A stretch of 64,000 nucleotides of DNA from Candidatus Deferrimicrobiaceae bacterium (GTDB lineage Bacteria; Desulfobacterota; Deferrimicrobia; Deferrimicrobiales; Deferrimicrobiaceae), in assembly GCA_036504035.1 (NCBI GenBank), contig DASXVV010000011.1, forward strand, positions 9,611 to 73,610, read 5' to 3'. The notes beneath the pieces were generated by a model. It was given only the letters and a program-made list of their open reading frames with translations, searched no databases and had not been told where the DNA came from. Of this stretch, positions 28,118 to 36,922 are shown piece after piece; within the stretch, counting starts at the first letter, position 1, and each line of letters opens with the position of its first letter. The position numbers were made by a program, and so were the translations under genes.

Positions 28118-28180
28118 TCAGCAGGGATGGACGGTGGACGAACCGACGACTTTCGGGGCCGCGAAGCGGATCTTCTTCAT
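28118..28180 (-). CDS. Candidate 20-codon small ORF or leader peptide upstream of the CRTAC1-like gene
   Basis: Strong Shine-Dalgarno GGAGGA 7 nt upstream of ATG 28180..28178, encoding MKKIRFAAPKVVGSSTVHPC then TGA. It sits 52 nt upstream of the CRTAC1 start. Confidence 0.25.
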   Translation of the reverse strand: MKKIRFAAPKVVGSSTVHPC

Positions 28181-28199
28181 CTTTGTTTCCTCCACTGAG

Positions 28200-28387
28200 A
28201 AGTGTGTTTTTCGGCACCCTCGCGGGGTACCACGCTAAAGATTACACGCAAACTGCCGATATGTTACATCGTCGTCGAATATTTCGTCAAGCGCCACGTC
28301 CAACCCCGTGTGCGGATGTTTCCTGTAACACATGACCGGGTTGCTGTGATATAAGTCTACAAATTATTCTCAGGAGGATGTCCGGAA
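28200..28387. promoter_or_regulatory. Divergent promoter region between the CRTAC1-like gene (minus) and the TlpA-like pair (plus)
   Basis: Plus strand: extended -10 TGaTATAAG at 28347-28355, Shine-Dalgarno AGGAGG at 28371-28376, ATG at 28388. Minus strand: -35-like TTGACG at 28291..28286 with -10-like TAACAT at 28266..28261. An inverted pair TGTTACA (28263) and TGTAACA (28324) could be a regulator site. Confidence 0.3.
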
Positions 28388-28936
28388 ATGACCCGTAGAG
28401 CCCTTCTCCTTTGCTTGACCGCCGTGCTGGCGATCCTTTTCACTGTCCAGCCGGCGACGGCCTTCTTTGGCGGAGGCGGGGGCGGCATGAAAGAAGGCGA
28501 CGAAGCGCCCGCCTTCGCGGGCACGACCATCGACGGCCACCCCCTGAGCTTCGCCCAGCTCAAGGGCAAGAAAGTCGTCGTCCTCGACTTCTGGTCCATC
28601 TACTGCGCCTCGTGCGTCGAAGAGATTCCCCGCCTGGTCGAGATCTACAACGAGTTCAAGGACAAGGGGCTGGTGATGATCGGCGTCAACCTCGACTCCT
28701 TCGGCACCCAGCGCGTCGTCAAGTTCATGCAGGGCATGCCGACCAAGATCAACTTCCCCGTCCTCATCGACAAGGACCGCAAGGTCGCCACCTCCTTCAA
28801 CGCGATGGTGCTTCCCACCACGCTGGTCATCGGGGCCGACGGCCGGATCAAGTTTTATCATGTAGGCTACAAGGCGGGCGACGAGAAGCACATCCGCACC
28901 GTCGTCGCCGACGCCCTGAAACAAATCAAGAAATAG
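28388..28936 (+). CDS. TlpA/ResA-like periplasmic thiol-disulfide oxidoreductase (thioredoxin fold), atypical CASC active site
   Basis: 182-aa ORF with a signal peptide. The redoxin pattern VVVLDFWSIYCASCVEEIP...GVNLD is present, but the motif is C-A-S-C rather than WCxPC. Confidence 0.6.
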   Translation: MTRRALLLCLTAVLAILFTVQPATAFFGGGGGGMKEGDEAPAFAGTTIDGHPLSFAQLKGKKVVVLDFWSIYCASCVEEIPRLVEIYNEFKDKGLVMIGVNLDSFGTQRVVKFMQGMPTKINFPVLIDKDRKVATSFNAMVLPTTLVIGADGRIKFYHVGYKAGDEKHIRTVVADALKQIKK

Positions 28937-28950
28937 CGAGGCAGCCATCC

Positions 28951-29520
28951 ATGTTTCGGAACCTTTCCACCTTAGTCATCGCAGCTTCGATTACGCTCGC
29001 CCTGCTATCCGGCACGGCCAAGGCCGCCGACAAGCCCGCCACTTTCACCAAGATCCCCACCGTCAAGGGGATCGAAACTTTGAAAGCCGGCGCCAAGGCC
29101 CCCGATTTCGCCGTGACCGACCTGACCGACAAGGAGTTTCGGCTGAAAGACTCGCTCGACAAGGGCCCCACGCTGCTCTTCTTCTGGTCGTTTTTCTGCG
29201 GCCCGTGCCGTGAAGAGATCCCGATGATCAACGAGATGACCCGTCAGTTCTCTCCCAAGGGCCTTTCGGTCGTCGGCGTCAATCTCGACGGACGCGACAT
29301 GAAGAAAGCGGTCGACAAGTTCTACGCGGCCGAAAAGCTGACCTTCCGGATCGTCTTCGACGAGCTGGTCGGCGACGCGTTCGCGGTGGCAGACCCTTAC
29401 GGCGTCGCCGGCACGCCTGCGCTCTTCCTGGTCGGCAAGGACGGCACCATTTCCTTCAGCGTGGTCGGCTCCGTGACGGGCGAGCAGCTCAAGAAAGAAA
29501 TCGAAAAGGTCATCAAGTAG
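28951..29520 (+). CDS. TlpA/ResA-like periplasmic thiol-disulfide oxidoreductase, CGPC active site
   Basis: 189-aa ORF with a signal peptide and LLFFWSFFCGPCREEIP...VVGVNLDG. It immediately follows the first redoxin gene. Confidence 0.6.
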   Translation: MFRNLSTLVIAASITLALLSGTAKAADKPATFTKIPTVKGIETLKAGAKAPDFAVTDLTDKEFRLKDSLDKGPTLLFFWSFFCGPCREEIPMINEMTRQFSPKGLSVVGVNLDGRDMKKAVDKFYAAEKLTFRIVFDELVGDAFAVADPYGVAGTPALFLVGKDGTISFSVVGSVTGEQLKKEIEKVIK

Positions 29521-29522
29521 CT

Positions 29523-30317
29523 TTGCATCGGGAACAGGAGCCCCGGGTCGGCCCCTTCGATCCGGCCCGGGCCGACCGGGTTCACCTTTACCGGTCCGTA
29601 TTCGACTCCCGGAACCCGACTCGCCGCCACCTTCACCACGAGCGCAACGCGAGGCTGACCGGCCTGCTCAACCGCTACGCGGCCGGCAAGCGGTGCCTCG
29701 AAGTCGGCATCGGAGGCAATCTTTACCGCGAGACGCTTCGGATTGTCCCGCGCTTCTGCGTGCGCCTCGACATCGACGCCGAATTCGTCCGGTTTTCCTC
29801 ATTCGAGGACAAGCAGTCCCCGCCCCCCCATCCGTTCTTCATGCAGGGAGACCTGCTCCGCCTCCCGTTCGCAGACGGGTCGTTCGACCTGGTCTTCTGC
29901 TCCGAGGTGTTCGAGCATCTGCCGCCCGGCCGCAGCCTCGATGCGTTCGGCGAAATCCGCAGGGTGCTGGCCCCATCCGGCAAGCTGATCCTCTCGACTC
30001 CCCAGAGCCACAGCTCGGTCGAGCTCATCATGCGGCTGGCCACCAGTCGCCTCTTTCGTGCCATCGCCTGCCGGATATACCCCGAAGCCATCATCGACAA
30101 CGAACACATCAACCTGCTGACCCGGCGGCAGCTGCTCGCCGAGGCGGCGCAATCCGGTTTCCAACCGGTCGAGTCGGGCCGCTGCGGCCTCTACATCCCG
30201 CTTCTCGCCGAATTCGGAGGCGAGTGGGGCCGTCGAATCTCCTCGTCGCTCGAGCCGATCTTCGACCGGAGCCCGGCCGGGTTCCTCTTGTGGACGCAAT
30301 ACCATGTCCTATCCTGA
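29523..30317 (+). CDS. Class I SAM-dependent methyltransferase
   Basis: Motif I LEVGIGGNLY and motif DLVFCSEVFEHL. A TTG start is proposed, so the start is uncertain. Confidence 0.5.
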   Translation: MHREQEPRVGPFDPARADRVHLYRSVFDSRNPTRRHLHHERNARLTGLLNRYAAGKRCLEVGIGGNLYRETLRIVPRFCVRLDIDAEFVRFSSFEDKQSPPPHPFFMQGDLLRLPFADGSFDLVFCSEVFEHLPPGRSLDAFGEIRRVLAPSGKLILSTPQSHSSVELIMRLATSRLFRAIACRIYPEAIIDNEHINLLTRRQLLAEAAQSGFQPVESGRCGLYIPLLAEFGGEWGRRISSSLEPIFDRSPAGFLLWTQYHVLS

Positions 30318-31305
30318 TGCCGCGGTCGCGTCGGAGGCACCCTCCTTGACGCCGTTGCCCGAAACCATTTCCGTCGTCGTCCCGGCCTTCAACGAAGAGC
30401 CGAACGTGCGGGTGCTCTACGAAAAGCTGGTTCCGATCCTGTCCGCCTGCGCCTCGACCTTCGAGCTCATCTTCGTCGACGACGGAAGCACCGACCGCAC
30501 GCTGCCGATCATCCAGGCCATGAGCGAGGCCGACCCGCGCGTCCGGTTCGTCTCCTTCTCGAGGAACTTCGGCCACGAGGCCGCTTCCACCGCGGGCCTC
30601 GACATCGCCTCGGGCGAGGTCACGATCCTGATGGACGCCGACCTCCAGCATCCTCCCGAGGTGATTCCCGACATGGTCGCGCGCTGGCGCGAAGGGTACG
30701 AGATCGTCTACGCGACCCGCCGGCTGCGCGAAGACCGGGGATGGCTGAAACGCAGCACCTCCTCCCTGTTCTACCGCCTGTTCAACCAGCTTTCCGAGGT
30801 TCCCCTGCCGGCCGATACCGGCGACTTCCGGCTGATCGACCGCAAGGCGCTCCTCGCGCTCCGGCGCTGCCGCGAGACCACCCGCTTCGTCCGGGGCCTG
30901 TCGATCTGGGTGGGCTTCCGCCAGTGCGGCGTCGAATACGACCAGAAAGAACGGCACGGCGGGATCACGAAATACAACTACCTCCGCCTCTCGCTGCTTG
31001 CACTCGATGCCCTCTGCTCGTTTTCGATCGCGCCCCTGCGCTTCTGCTTGGCGCTCGGGATGCTCGGCTTCCTTTTCGGCGCGGGCTTTTCCGTCCAGAT
31101 CCTGTTCGTCTGGTTCGTCTGGGGGGTGCCGCTGCCCGGCTACACCTTCCAGACCATCTCCATCCTGTTCATCGGCTCGCTCAACTTCATCCTGCTGGGC
31201 CTCATCGCCGAATATGTCGGCAAGACCTACATCGAGACGCGCAACCGCCCTCTCTATATCGTGCGCGCCCAGAGCAGCGCGCTCGGCGATCCCGAGGACA
31301 AATGA
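30304..31305 (+). CDS. GT2 polyprenol-phosphate glycosyltransferase (GtrB/ArnC/DPM1-like) with C-terminal transmembrane helices
   Basis: VVVPAFNEE...FVDDGSTD...DADLQHPPE with two C-terminal TM helices, typical of GtrB-type enzymes. Confidence 0.7.
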   Translation: MSYPDAAVASEAPSLTPLPETISVVVPAFNEEPNVRVLYEKLVPILSACASTFELIFVDDGSTDRTLPIIQAMSEADPRVRFVSFSRNFGHEAASTAGLDIASGEVTILMDADLQHPPEVIPDMVARWREGYEIVYATRRLREDRGWLKRSTSSLFYRLFNQLSEVPLPADTGDFRLIDRKALLALRRCRETTRFVRGLSIWVGFRQCGVEYDQKERHGGITKYNYLRLSLLALDALCSFSIAPLRFCLALGMLGFLFGAGFSVQILFVWFVWGVPLPGYTFQTISILFIGSLNFILLGLIAEYVGKTYIETRNRPLYIVRAQSSALGDPEDK

Positions 31306-31308
31306 TCC

Positions 31309-33483
31309 ATGAAACCGGTTAAGCCGCCCAAAGGCCGGGCAAGCTGGTTGATCGCCGCGGGCGCCTTCGCGATCCTCTTCCTGTTCCTGGTTTCCCCTCT
31401 GCTGTTGAAATCGGCCGAGCCGAGATGGGATGCCCGCGACCAGTTCTATCCGGCGTACACCTATTTTTCGGATTCGGTGCGGGAAGGCCGCCTTCCGCTG
31501 TGGGATCCCTACTCGAACTGCGGTTACCCCTTCCTCGCAGATCCCGACCATGTCACGCTCAATCCCCTGGCGCTGCTCCTCGCCGGCATGACCGACGACA
31601 CGTGGGGCGCCTTCATCGGCTTCTGGTCGATCCACTGGCTTGCGGCCGGACTTGGCATGTTCCTCCTCGTCCGCCACCTTGCCGGAACGCCGACGGGCGC
31701 TTTCGCCGCGGCGATGGCCTACGCCTTCTCCGGATTCTTCATCAGCAACGCCGAGCACACGCCGTATATCTGCGTGGCCGCCTGGCTGCCCTTCCTCGTG
31801 CTGCTGGCCGACCGCGCCGTCGAAACGGGGCGCTGGTCGTACGCGGTGCTCGCCGGGGGTGCGATGGGGGTCTCGACCCTCGGCGGCTACCCCCCGCTCG
31901 CCATGTTCAACGGGTATGCGCTGGCGCTCTGGCTGGTGCTTCGCCACGGGTTCGCATTCGGCAAAGACGGCCCCGATGCGGAATCCGTTTCGGGCCTGAA
32001 GCGGGGCGTCCGGATCCTCGCCGTCCTCGGCATCGTCGGCGCAATCGGAATCGTCGTCTGGTCGCCCGTACTCCACGCCTTCTTCACCGAAGGGGCCAAC
32101 TATACCGACCGGACCCGCTCGCTCGGCGCCGGCATCATTCTCGGATCGCCCTTCTCGCTGCCGTCGCACGCGTCGCTGTTTTCCCCCTACGCCACGATCC
32201 TGGGACGCGAATGGATGGGCATCGACATCGCGATGACCGACGGCTACGCCGGCATCCTCGCGTTCCCCCTCGCCGCGATCTGGCTATTGTCCGCAAAAGG
32301 GCGCAAGCGCTGGTGGTGGATCCCTGTCTTTTTCCTGTTCATGTACTGGATCTCGGTCGGGGGAAAGGGCGGCCTCGGAACTGTGCTGTCTTACCTGTTT
32401 CCCCCCATCAAGTTCATGCGGTTTTCGAGCCCCTTCCGGCTCTACTGGCTGTTCGCGCTGGCCCTCGGCGCCGGCATGGGGATCTCGACGCTTTGCCGGG
32501 ACTCCGAGGCGTCGCGCTCGGCTTTCCGGCTCCTCGCGGGCTGGTCCGGAATTTCCCTGGCCGCCTTCGCCGCGATCGCCTCGTTCCTTTCCTCGCACGG
32601 CATCGATGTGGCCGGCAACGCCGTCCCCCTCTTCCTGCCCGCGGCGGTCCTCGCGGCCGCGACGCTCCTCGCCTGGCGGCTTCACACGGCGCCGACGCCT
32701 TCGGGCACCGTCCCGGCGCTCCTGGCGCTGCTCGTCGCGTTCGACCTGGGGGCGCACCTGCGCATCAACCAGGAGACCGTCTGGGTCTACCGGGACTCCA
32801 TCGCCCAGGTCGAGCAATACCACCGCCGGACGACCGACGTGGCCGGCGAGCCGGGACCGCGCCATCCTCCGCGCCAGTTTGGGTTCTTCAATGTCCAGCA
32901 GGTCATCAAGGAGCCGATCGTCCTCGCCTCCCTGTCGCTCAAGGCGAAAGCGTTCGAAGACAACCTGTGCGACAGCCGGTTCGCCGAAGTGATGGCGTCT
33001 CCCGTCCGCTTCTGGCTGTCTCCCGGGGTCGAGAAGGCCGTCTCCGACAACGCGGTCCTGGCGGCGCTGGGCTCCGTCGGCGCCGGGGCGCCGGTTCCCG
33101 TCTTCGTCGGCGATCCCGGCAAGCTTCCCCCCGGCGGCGTCGTCCCGGGCGCCTACGGAACGGCGCGGGTGGTCGGCTACGCCCCCGAGCGCGTCGAGGT
33201 CATCGTCGACGCCCCGGGGAGCGCGCCCTCGGTCCTGGCCAGCACCGAACGCTACGCCGCCGGATGGCACGCGACGATCGACGGCGCCCCTGCGGCGGTC
33301 TTCCCGGTGAATCTCTACTTCCGCGGCGTCGTCGTGCCCCCGGGCCGGCATACGGTCGTCTGGCGCTACGAACCGCGGCTCTGGACCGCCCTGTGCGCAC
33401 TGAGCGGCGTCACCCTGCTCGCCGCCTGCTGCGGCTTTGTCTTCCTCTCGCGCCGCGAGCGTCGTACGATGGTGCTGTCATGA
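31309..33483 (+). CDS. YfhO-family polytopic membrane protein (putative GT-C glycosyltransferase partner of GtrB-like enzymes)
   Basis: 724-aa protein with ~13 TM helices. The N-terminal pattern W..DPY...GYPFLADP fits YfhO. It is immediately downstream of, and coupled to, the GtrB-like gene. Confidence 0.5.
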   Translation: MKPVKPPKGRASWLIAAGAFAILFLFLVSPLLLKSAEPRWDARDQFYPAYTYFSDSVREGRLPLWDPYSNCGYPFLADPDHVTLNPLALLLAGMTDDTWGAFIGFWSIHWLAAGLGMFLLVRHLAGTPTGAFAAAMAYAFSGFFISNAEHTPYICVAAWLPFLVLLADRAVETGRWSYAVLAGGAMGVSTLGGYPPLAMFNGYALALWLVLRHGFAFGKDGPDAESVSGLKRGVRILAVLGIVGAIGIVVWSPVLHAFFTEGANYTDRTRSLGAGIILGSPFSLPSHASLFSPYATILGREWMGIDIAMTDGYAGILAFPLAAIWLLSAKGRKRWWWIPVFFLFMYWISVGGKGGLGTVLSYLFPPIKFMRFSSPFRLYWLFALALGAGMGISTLCRDSEASRSAFRLLAGWSGISLAAFAAIASFLSSHGIDVAGNAVPLFLPAAVLAAATLLAWRLHTAPTPSGTVPALLALLVAFDLGAHLRINQETVWVYRDSIAQVEQYHRRTTDVAGEPGPRHPPRQFGFFNVQQVIKEPIVLASLSLKAKAFEDNLCDSRFAEVMASPVRFWLSPGVEKAVSDNAVLAALGSVGAGAPVPVFVGDPGKLPPGGVVPGAYGTARVVGYAPERVEVIVDAPGSAPSVLASTERYAAGWHATIDGAPAAVFPVNLYFRGVVVPPGRHTVVWRYEPRLWTALCALSGVTLLAACCGFVFLSRRERRTMVLS

Positions 33484-34172
33484 AAACGATGGTCCTCATC
33501 CCCGCCTACCACGAAGATAAATCCATCGGGGCGATCGTATCCACCCTCCGCGCGACTCTTCCGTACGATGTCGTCGTCATCAACGACGGCTCGCCCGACG
33601 ACACCTCCGAGGTCGCACGCAGCGCCGGCGCCATCGTGCTCGACCTGCCGTGCAATCTCGGCATCGGCGGCGCCGTTCAGACCGGATACCTTTTCGCGAG
33701 GGAGAACGGATACGAAGCCGTCGTGCGCATCGACGCCGACGGCCAGCACGAGATCGGGGATATTCCCGCGATGCTCGAACCCATCTTCCAGGGACGCGCC
33801 GATGCCGTCATCGGATCGCGCTTCCTGGGCGAGACCGAATATCGCGGCACCTTCCTGCGACGCTTCGGCATCCGCTACTTCTGCATCCTGGTGCGACTCT
33901 TCACCGGCTACCGCGTGACCGATCCCACCTCGGGCTACTTCGCCATCAACCGCAAGCTGGTCGACTTCTACTCGCAGCACTACCCGTCCGACTACCCCGA
34001 GGTCGACGCCTACATCCTGATGCACCACATGCATGCGCGCGCGGTCGAGATCCCTACCCGGATGCACTCGCGCACCGAGGGGAAATCGTCGATCACCCCG
34101 CTCGGCTCGGTGTACTATATGGTCAAGGTAACGCTTTCCTTCTTCATCAATTGCATCCGGAGATTCGGTTGA
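33480..34172 (+). CDS. GT2 glycosyltransferase (DPM1-like, soluble catalytic type)
   Basis: MKTMVLIPAYHED...VVVINDGSPDDT...IDADGQHE. ATGA overlap with the YfhO stop. Confidence 0.65.
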   Translation: MKTMVLIPAYHEDKSIGAIVSTLRATLPYDVVVINDGSPDDTSEVARSAGAIVLDLPCNLGIGGAVQTGYLFARENGYEAVVRIDADGQHEIGDIPAMLEPIFQGRADAVIGSRFLGETEYRGTFLRRFGIRYFCILVRLFTGYRVTDPTSGYFAINRKLVDFYSQHYPSDYPEVDAYILMHHMHARAVEIPTRMHSRTEGKSSITPLGSVYYMVKVTLSFFINCIRRFG

Positions 34173-34195
34173 ACCGGGTTACGCTCCTCGCCGCC

Positions 34196-34516
34196 ATGAG
34201 CGCCTTCGCGCTCGCGGCCTACATCATCGAAATGGTCCGGCGCCGCAAACTGCGCGAGGAATATTCCATCCTGTGGCTGTTCGGCAGCATCGTCATGGTC
34301 GTCCTGTCGGTCCGGAGGGACTGGCTCGAGGCCGCCTCGCACACCGTGGGCATCTTCTATCCGCCCTCGTTCCTGTTCCTCGTCGCCATCTTCTTCGTCC
34401 TGCTCATCCTCATCCACTTCTCGATCACCGTGTCGCGGCTATACGTGATGAACAAGAAGATGGCGCAGGAGCTCGCGCTGCTCAAGGAGCGGTTGTCAGG
34501 CGAACGCCCCCGCTAG
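34196..34516 (+). CDS. DUF2304-like small membrane protein
   Basis: Two TM helices with the conserved VRRRKLREEYSILW segment. An alternative TTG start at 34169 overlaps the GT2 stop. Confidence 0.45.
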   Translation: MSAFALAAYIIEMVRRRKLREEYSILWLFGSIVMVVLSVRRDWLEAASHTVGIFYPPSFLFLVAIFFVLLILIHFSITVSRLYVMNKKMAQELALLKERLSGERPR

Positions 34517-35784
34517 ATTCCTTTCGTCCGCAGGAACGCCTCGAACCGCTCGATCAATCGACCCATCGTCTCGTCCGAGGTCATCGGCGACAGCCCGATA
34601 TAGAACCCCCGGTCGTGCACGCGGTCGGCCCCGGGATACGGCGTGCCGTCGAAGCAGTCGAACAGCTTCGCGACCGGCTGCCGCTGAAGGTTGCCCGCGA
34701 TGATCGGGCGCGTCTCGATCCCCTCCCCTTCGAGCCAGGCGGTAATCTCGTCGCGCGAGAACGGCGCATCGTCCCCCAGCATGATCGGCAACGACATCCA
34801 GATGGGCGCCGCCTTGGCGCCCACAGCCGGACGCGACAGGCACGGCACGCGGTCGACGAACGCGAAGAAGCGGGCGGCCAGCGCCAGCCGCCGTTCGGTG
34901 AAGCCGGGCAGCCGCTTGAGCTGCTCGAGGCCGAAGCCCGCCTGCAGGTCGGTCGGGCGCACATTGAAGCCCCAGTTGACGAAGGCGTAGCGCGGGTCGA
35001 TCCCGCACCCGTCGAGGTGCACGTGCGACGCCTCGACATTGCGAAGCCACCCGTGGGCGCGCAGGACGCGGAGCCGGTCGGCCGTCTCGGCGTCGTCGGT
35101 GACGACCATCCCGCCTTCCATCGTGGTCATGTGGTGCGAGAAGAAGAACGAGTAGGCGCTGCCCACCCCGAAATTGCCCACCTTCCGGCCGTCCCATTCG
35201 GATCCGAGCGACTCGCAGCAATCCTCGATGACCGGCAGCCCATGCTTTTCCGCGAGGGCGAGCACGCGGTCCATGTCGCAGGGGTTGCCCATGACGTGAA
35301 CCAAAAAGATCGCCTTCGTCTTCGGCGAGATCTTGCGCTCGAGGTCTTCGATCGAGAGGTTGAGCGTCGCGGGGTCTACGTCGACGAAGCGCACCTTGAG
35401 CCCCGCCATCAGCGGCGACCAGACCTGCGTCGGCCAGGTGACGACCGGCACGAGGATCTCGTCGCCCGGCTTCAGCCGGTTGTCGGGCGGGCTGGTCAGG
35501 AGAAACGACAGCAGCAGGTCGGCGGAGGACCCGCTGTTGACCATGACCGCCTCGCGGCAGCCCTGGTATTCGGCGAACCGCTGCTCGAACTCTCGCGTCT
35601 TCTCCCACATCGTCGTGCGGAAGTTGCACATCGAGTCGAGCGCCTGGAGGATCTCCTCGACGCCGTAGGTGGCCATGCTAAGCGGGTACCAGTATTTCTG
35701 CGGTTTGGCCTCGTTGATGCGGCTGCTGGATTCGATCAGGAACTCGACGACGCCCTTCAGCCGGCCGGTCAGGTCGATGTTCAA
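34513..35784 (-). CDS. DegT/DnrJ/EryC1 family PLP-dependent sugar 3-dehydratase (ColD/E1-like) rather than an aminotransferase
   Basis: TTG start with Shine-Dalgarno GAGGGGAGG. The PLP-lysine position in the SF.x.K....EGG motif is His here (SFFFSHHMTTMEGG), the hallmark of GDP-4-keto-6-deoxymannose 3-dehydratase ColD and CDP-sugar E1. Confidence 0.5.
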   Translation of the reverse strand: MNIDLTGRLKGVVEFLIESSSRINEAKPQKYWYPLSMATYGVEEILQALDSMCNFRTTMWEKTREFEQRFAEYQGCREAVMVNSGSSADLLLSFLLTSPPDNRLKPGDEILVPVVTWPTQVWSPLMAGLKVRFVDVDPATLNLSIEDLERKISPKTKAIFLVHVMGNPCDMDRVLALAEKHGLPVIEDCCESLGSEWDGRKVGNFGVGSAYSFFFSHHMTTMEGGMVVTDDAETADRLRVLRAHGWLRNVEASHVHLDGCGIDPRYAFVNWGFNVRPTDLQAGFGLEQLKRLPGFTERRLALAARFFAFVDRVPCLSRPAVGAKAAPIWMSLPIMLGDDAPFSRDEITAWLEGEGIETRPIIAGNLQRQPVAKLFDCFDGTPYPGADRVHDRGFYIGLSPMTSDETMGRLIERFEAFLRTKGI

Positions 35785-36749
35785 CGAACCTCCCCTCGGC
35801 GCTTGAGCTCGCGGTATTCCGCGATCGTCCGGCGGATGCCCTCGGGAAGCCCGATCTTCGGGCGGATGCCCAGCGCCAGCATCCGGGAGACCTCCATGCA
35901 CTTGCGCGGCATGCCGTCAGGCTTCGTCGGATCCCATCGGATCTCGCCCGCGTAGCCCACCGCCTCGGCGATCATCCCGGCCAGCTCCTTGATGGTGAGG
36001 TCGACGCCGGGCCCCATGTTGATGATCGCATTCTCCTCGTACCGTTCCATCAGCGCCAGCATGATCTCGGCTGCGTCGTCGACGTGCAGGAACTCGCGCC
36101 GCGCCGACCCGGTGCCCCAGAGTTCGAGCGACGGCTTCCCCTCGTCTTTCGCGTCAACGAAGCGGCGTACAAGGGACGACAAAACGTGCGAGCGCTGGAA
36201 ATCGAAATGGTCGCCGGTGCCGTAGAGGTTGCACGGCATCGGGCAAATGGTGACCATGCCGTGCTGGCGCCAGTAGTATTCGGCCATCTTGAGCCCCATG
36301 ATCTTGGCCAGCGCGTACCCCTCGTTGGTCGGCTCGAGCGGGCCGGTCATCAGGTATGACTCGCGGATCGGCTGGGGGCATTCGCGCGGGTAGATGCAGG
36401 AGCTGCCGAGGAACATGTTTTTCCGTGTCCCGTACTTCCGGCACGCCTCGAACAGGTTCATCTGCGTCTTGACGTTTTCGGACAGGAAACCGACTGGATC
36501 TGCGCTGTTTGCGGCGATGCCGCCGACTTTTGCGCCAGCCATGAACACGTAATCCGGGTGGTTACGGTCGAACCAGCGGTCGACCGAGTCGGATGACAAA
36601 AGGTCGAGCTCGGCGCGCGGCGGTGCGAGTACGTTGGTATAAGTTTCCTTCCGGAGCAACCTGACCAAAGCGCCACCAACCATGCCGGTTCCGCCGGCAA
36701 CCAGGATTTTCGCGTTTTTATCCACGTTCCCTCCTTGTTCGAATGCCAT
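35781..36749 (-). CDS. fcl: GDP-L-fucose synthase family reductase/epimerase (Fcl; possibly GDP-L-colitose synthase ColC given the coupled ColD-like gene)
   Basis: KILVAGGTGMVGGALVRLL...YxxxK pattern of Fcl/WcaG. The stop overlaps the start of the dehydratase gene (ATGA). Confidence 0.65.
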   Translation of the reverse strand: MAFEQGGNVDKNAKILVAGGTGMVGGALVRLLRKETYTNVLAPPRAELDLLSSDSVDRWFDRNHPDYVFMAGAKVGGIAANSADPVGFLSENVKTQMNLFEACRKYGTRKNMFLGSSCIYPRECPQPIRESYLMTGPLEPTNEGYALAKIMGLKMAEYYWRQHGMVTICPMPCNLYGTGDHFDFQRSHVLSSLVRRFVDAKDEGKPSLELWGTGSARREFLHVDDAAEIMLALMERYEENAIINMGPGVDLTIKELAGMIAEAVGYAGEIRWDPTKPDGMPRKCMEVSRMLALGIRPKIGLPEGIRRTIAEYRELKRRGEVR

Positions 36750-36922
36750 TGGAACAAACTCTCGATTATATCCCTAGTCGGCATCCCGGTGCGCGAGAGG
36801 CTGCACGCCATATCAGCATCCTTCAGTCGGCGGAACCCTGAGCCATTGCATCTCCCCTTGGGTTGCCTTAATATGTGGATTATAGTTCCATATATTAATA
36901 CTAATCAAAGGATCGCGCCGCC

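Noticed and set aside
30109-32169. 686-aa minus-strand ORF and the 915-aa plus-strand ORF 31425-34172
   Set aside because: Alternative-frame or antisense ORFs across the GtrB-like, YfhO and GT2 genes, with R-rich composition and no motifs. The annotated plus-strand genes have clear GT2 and YfhO features.
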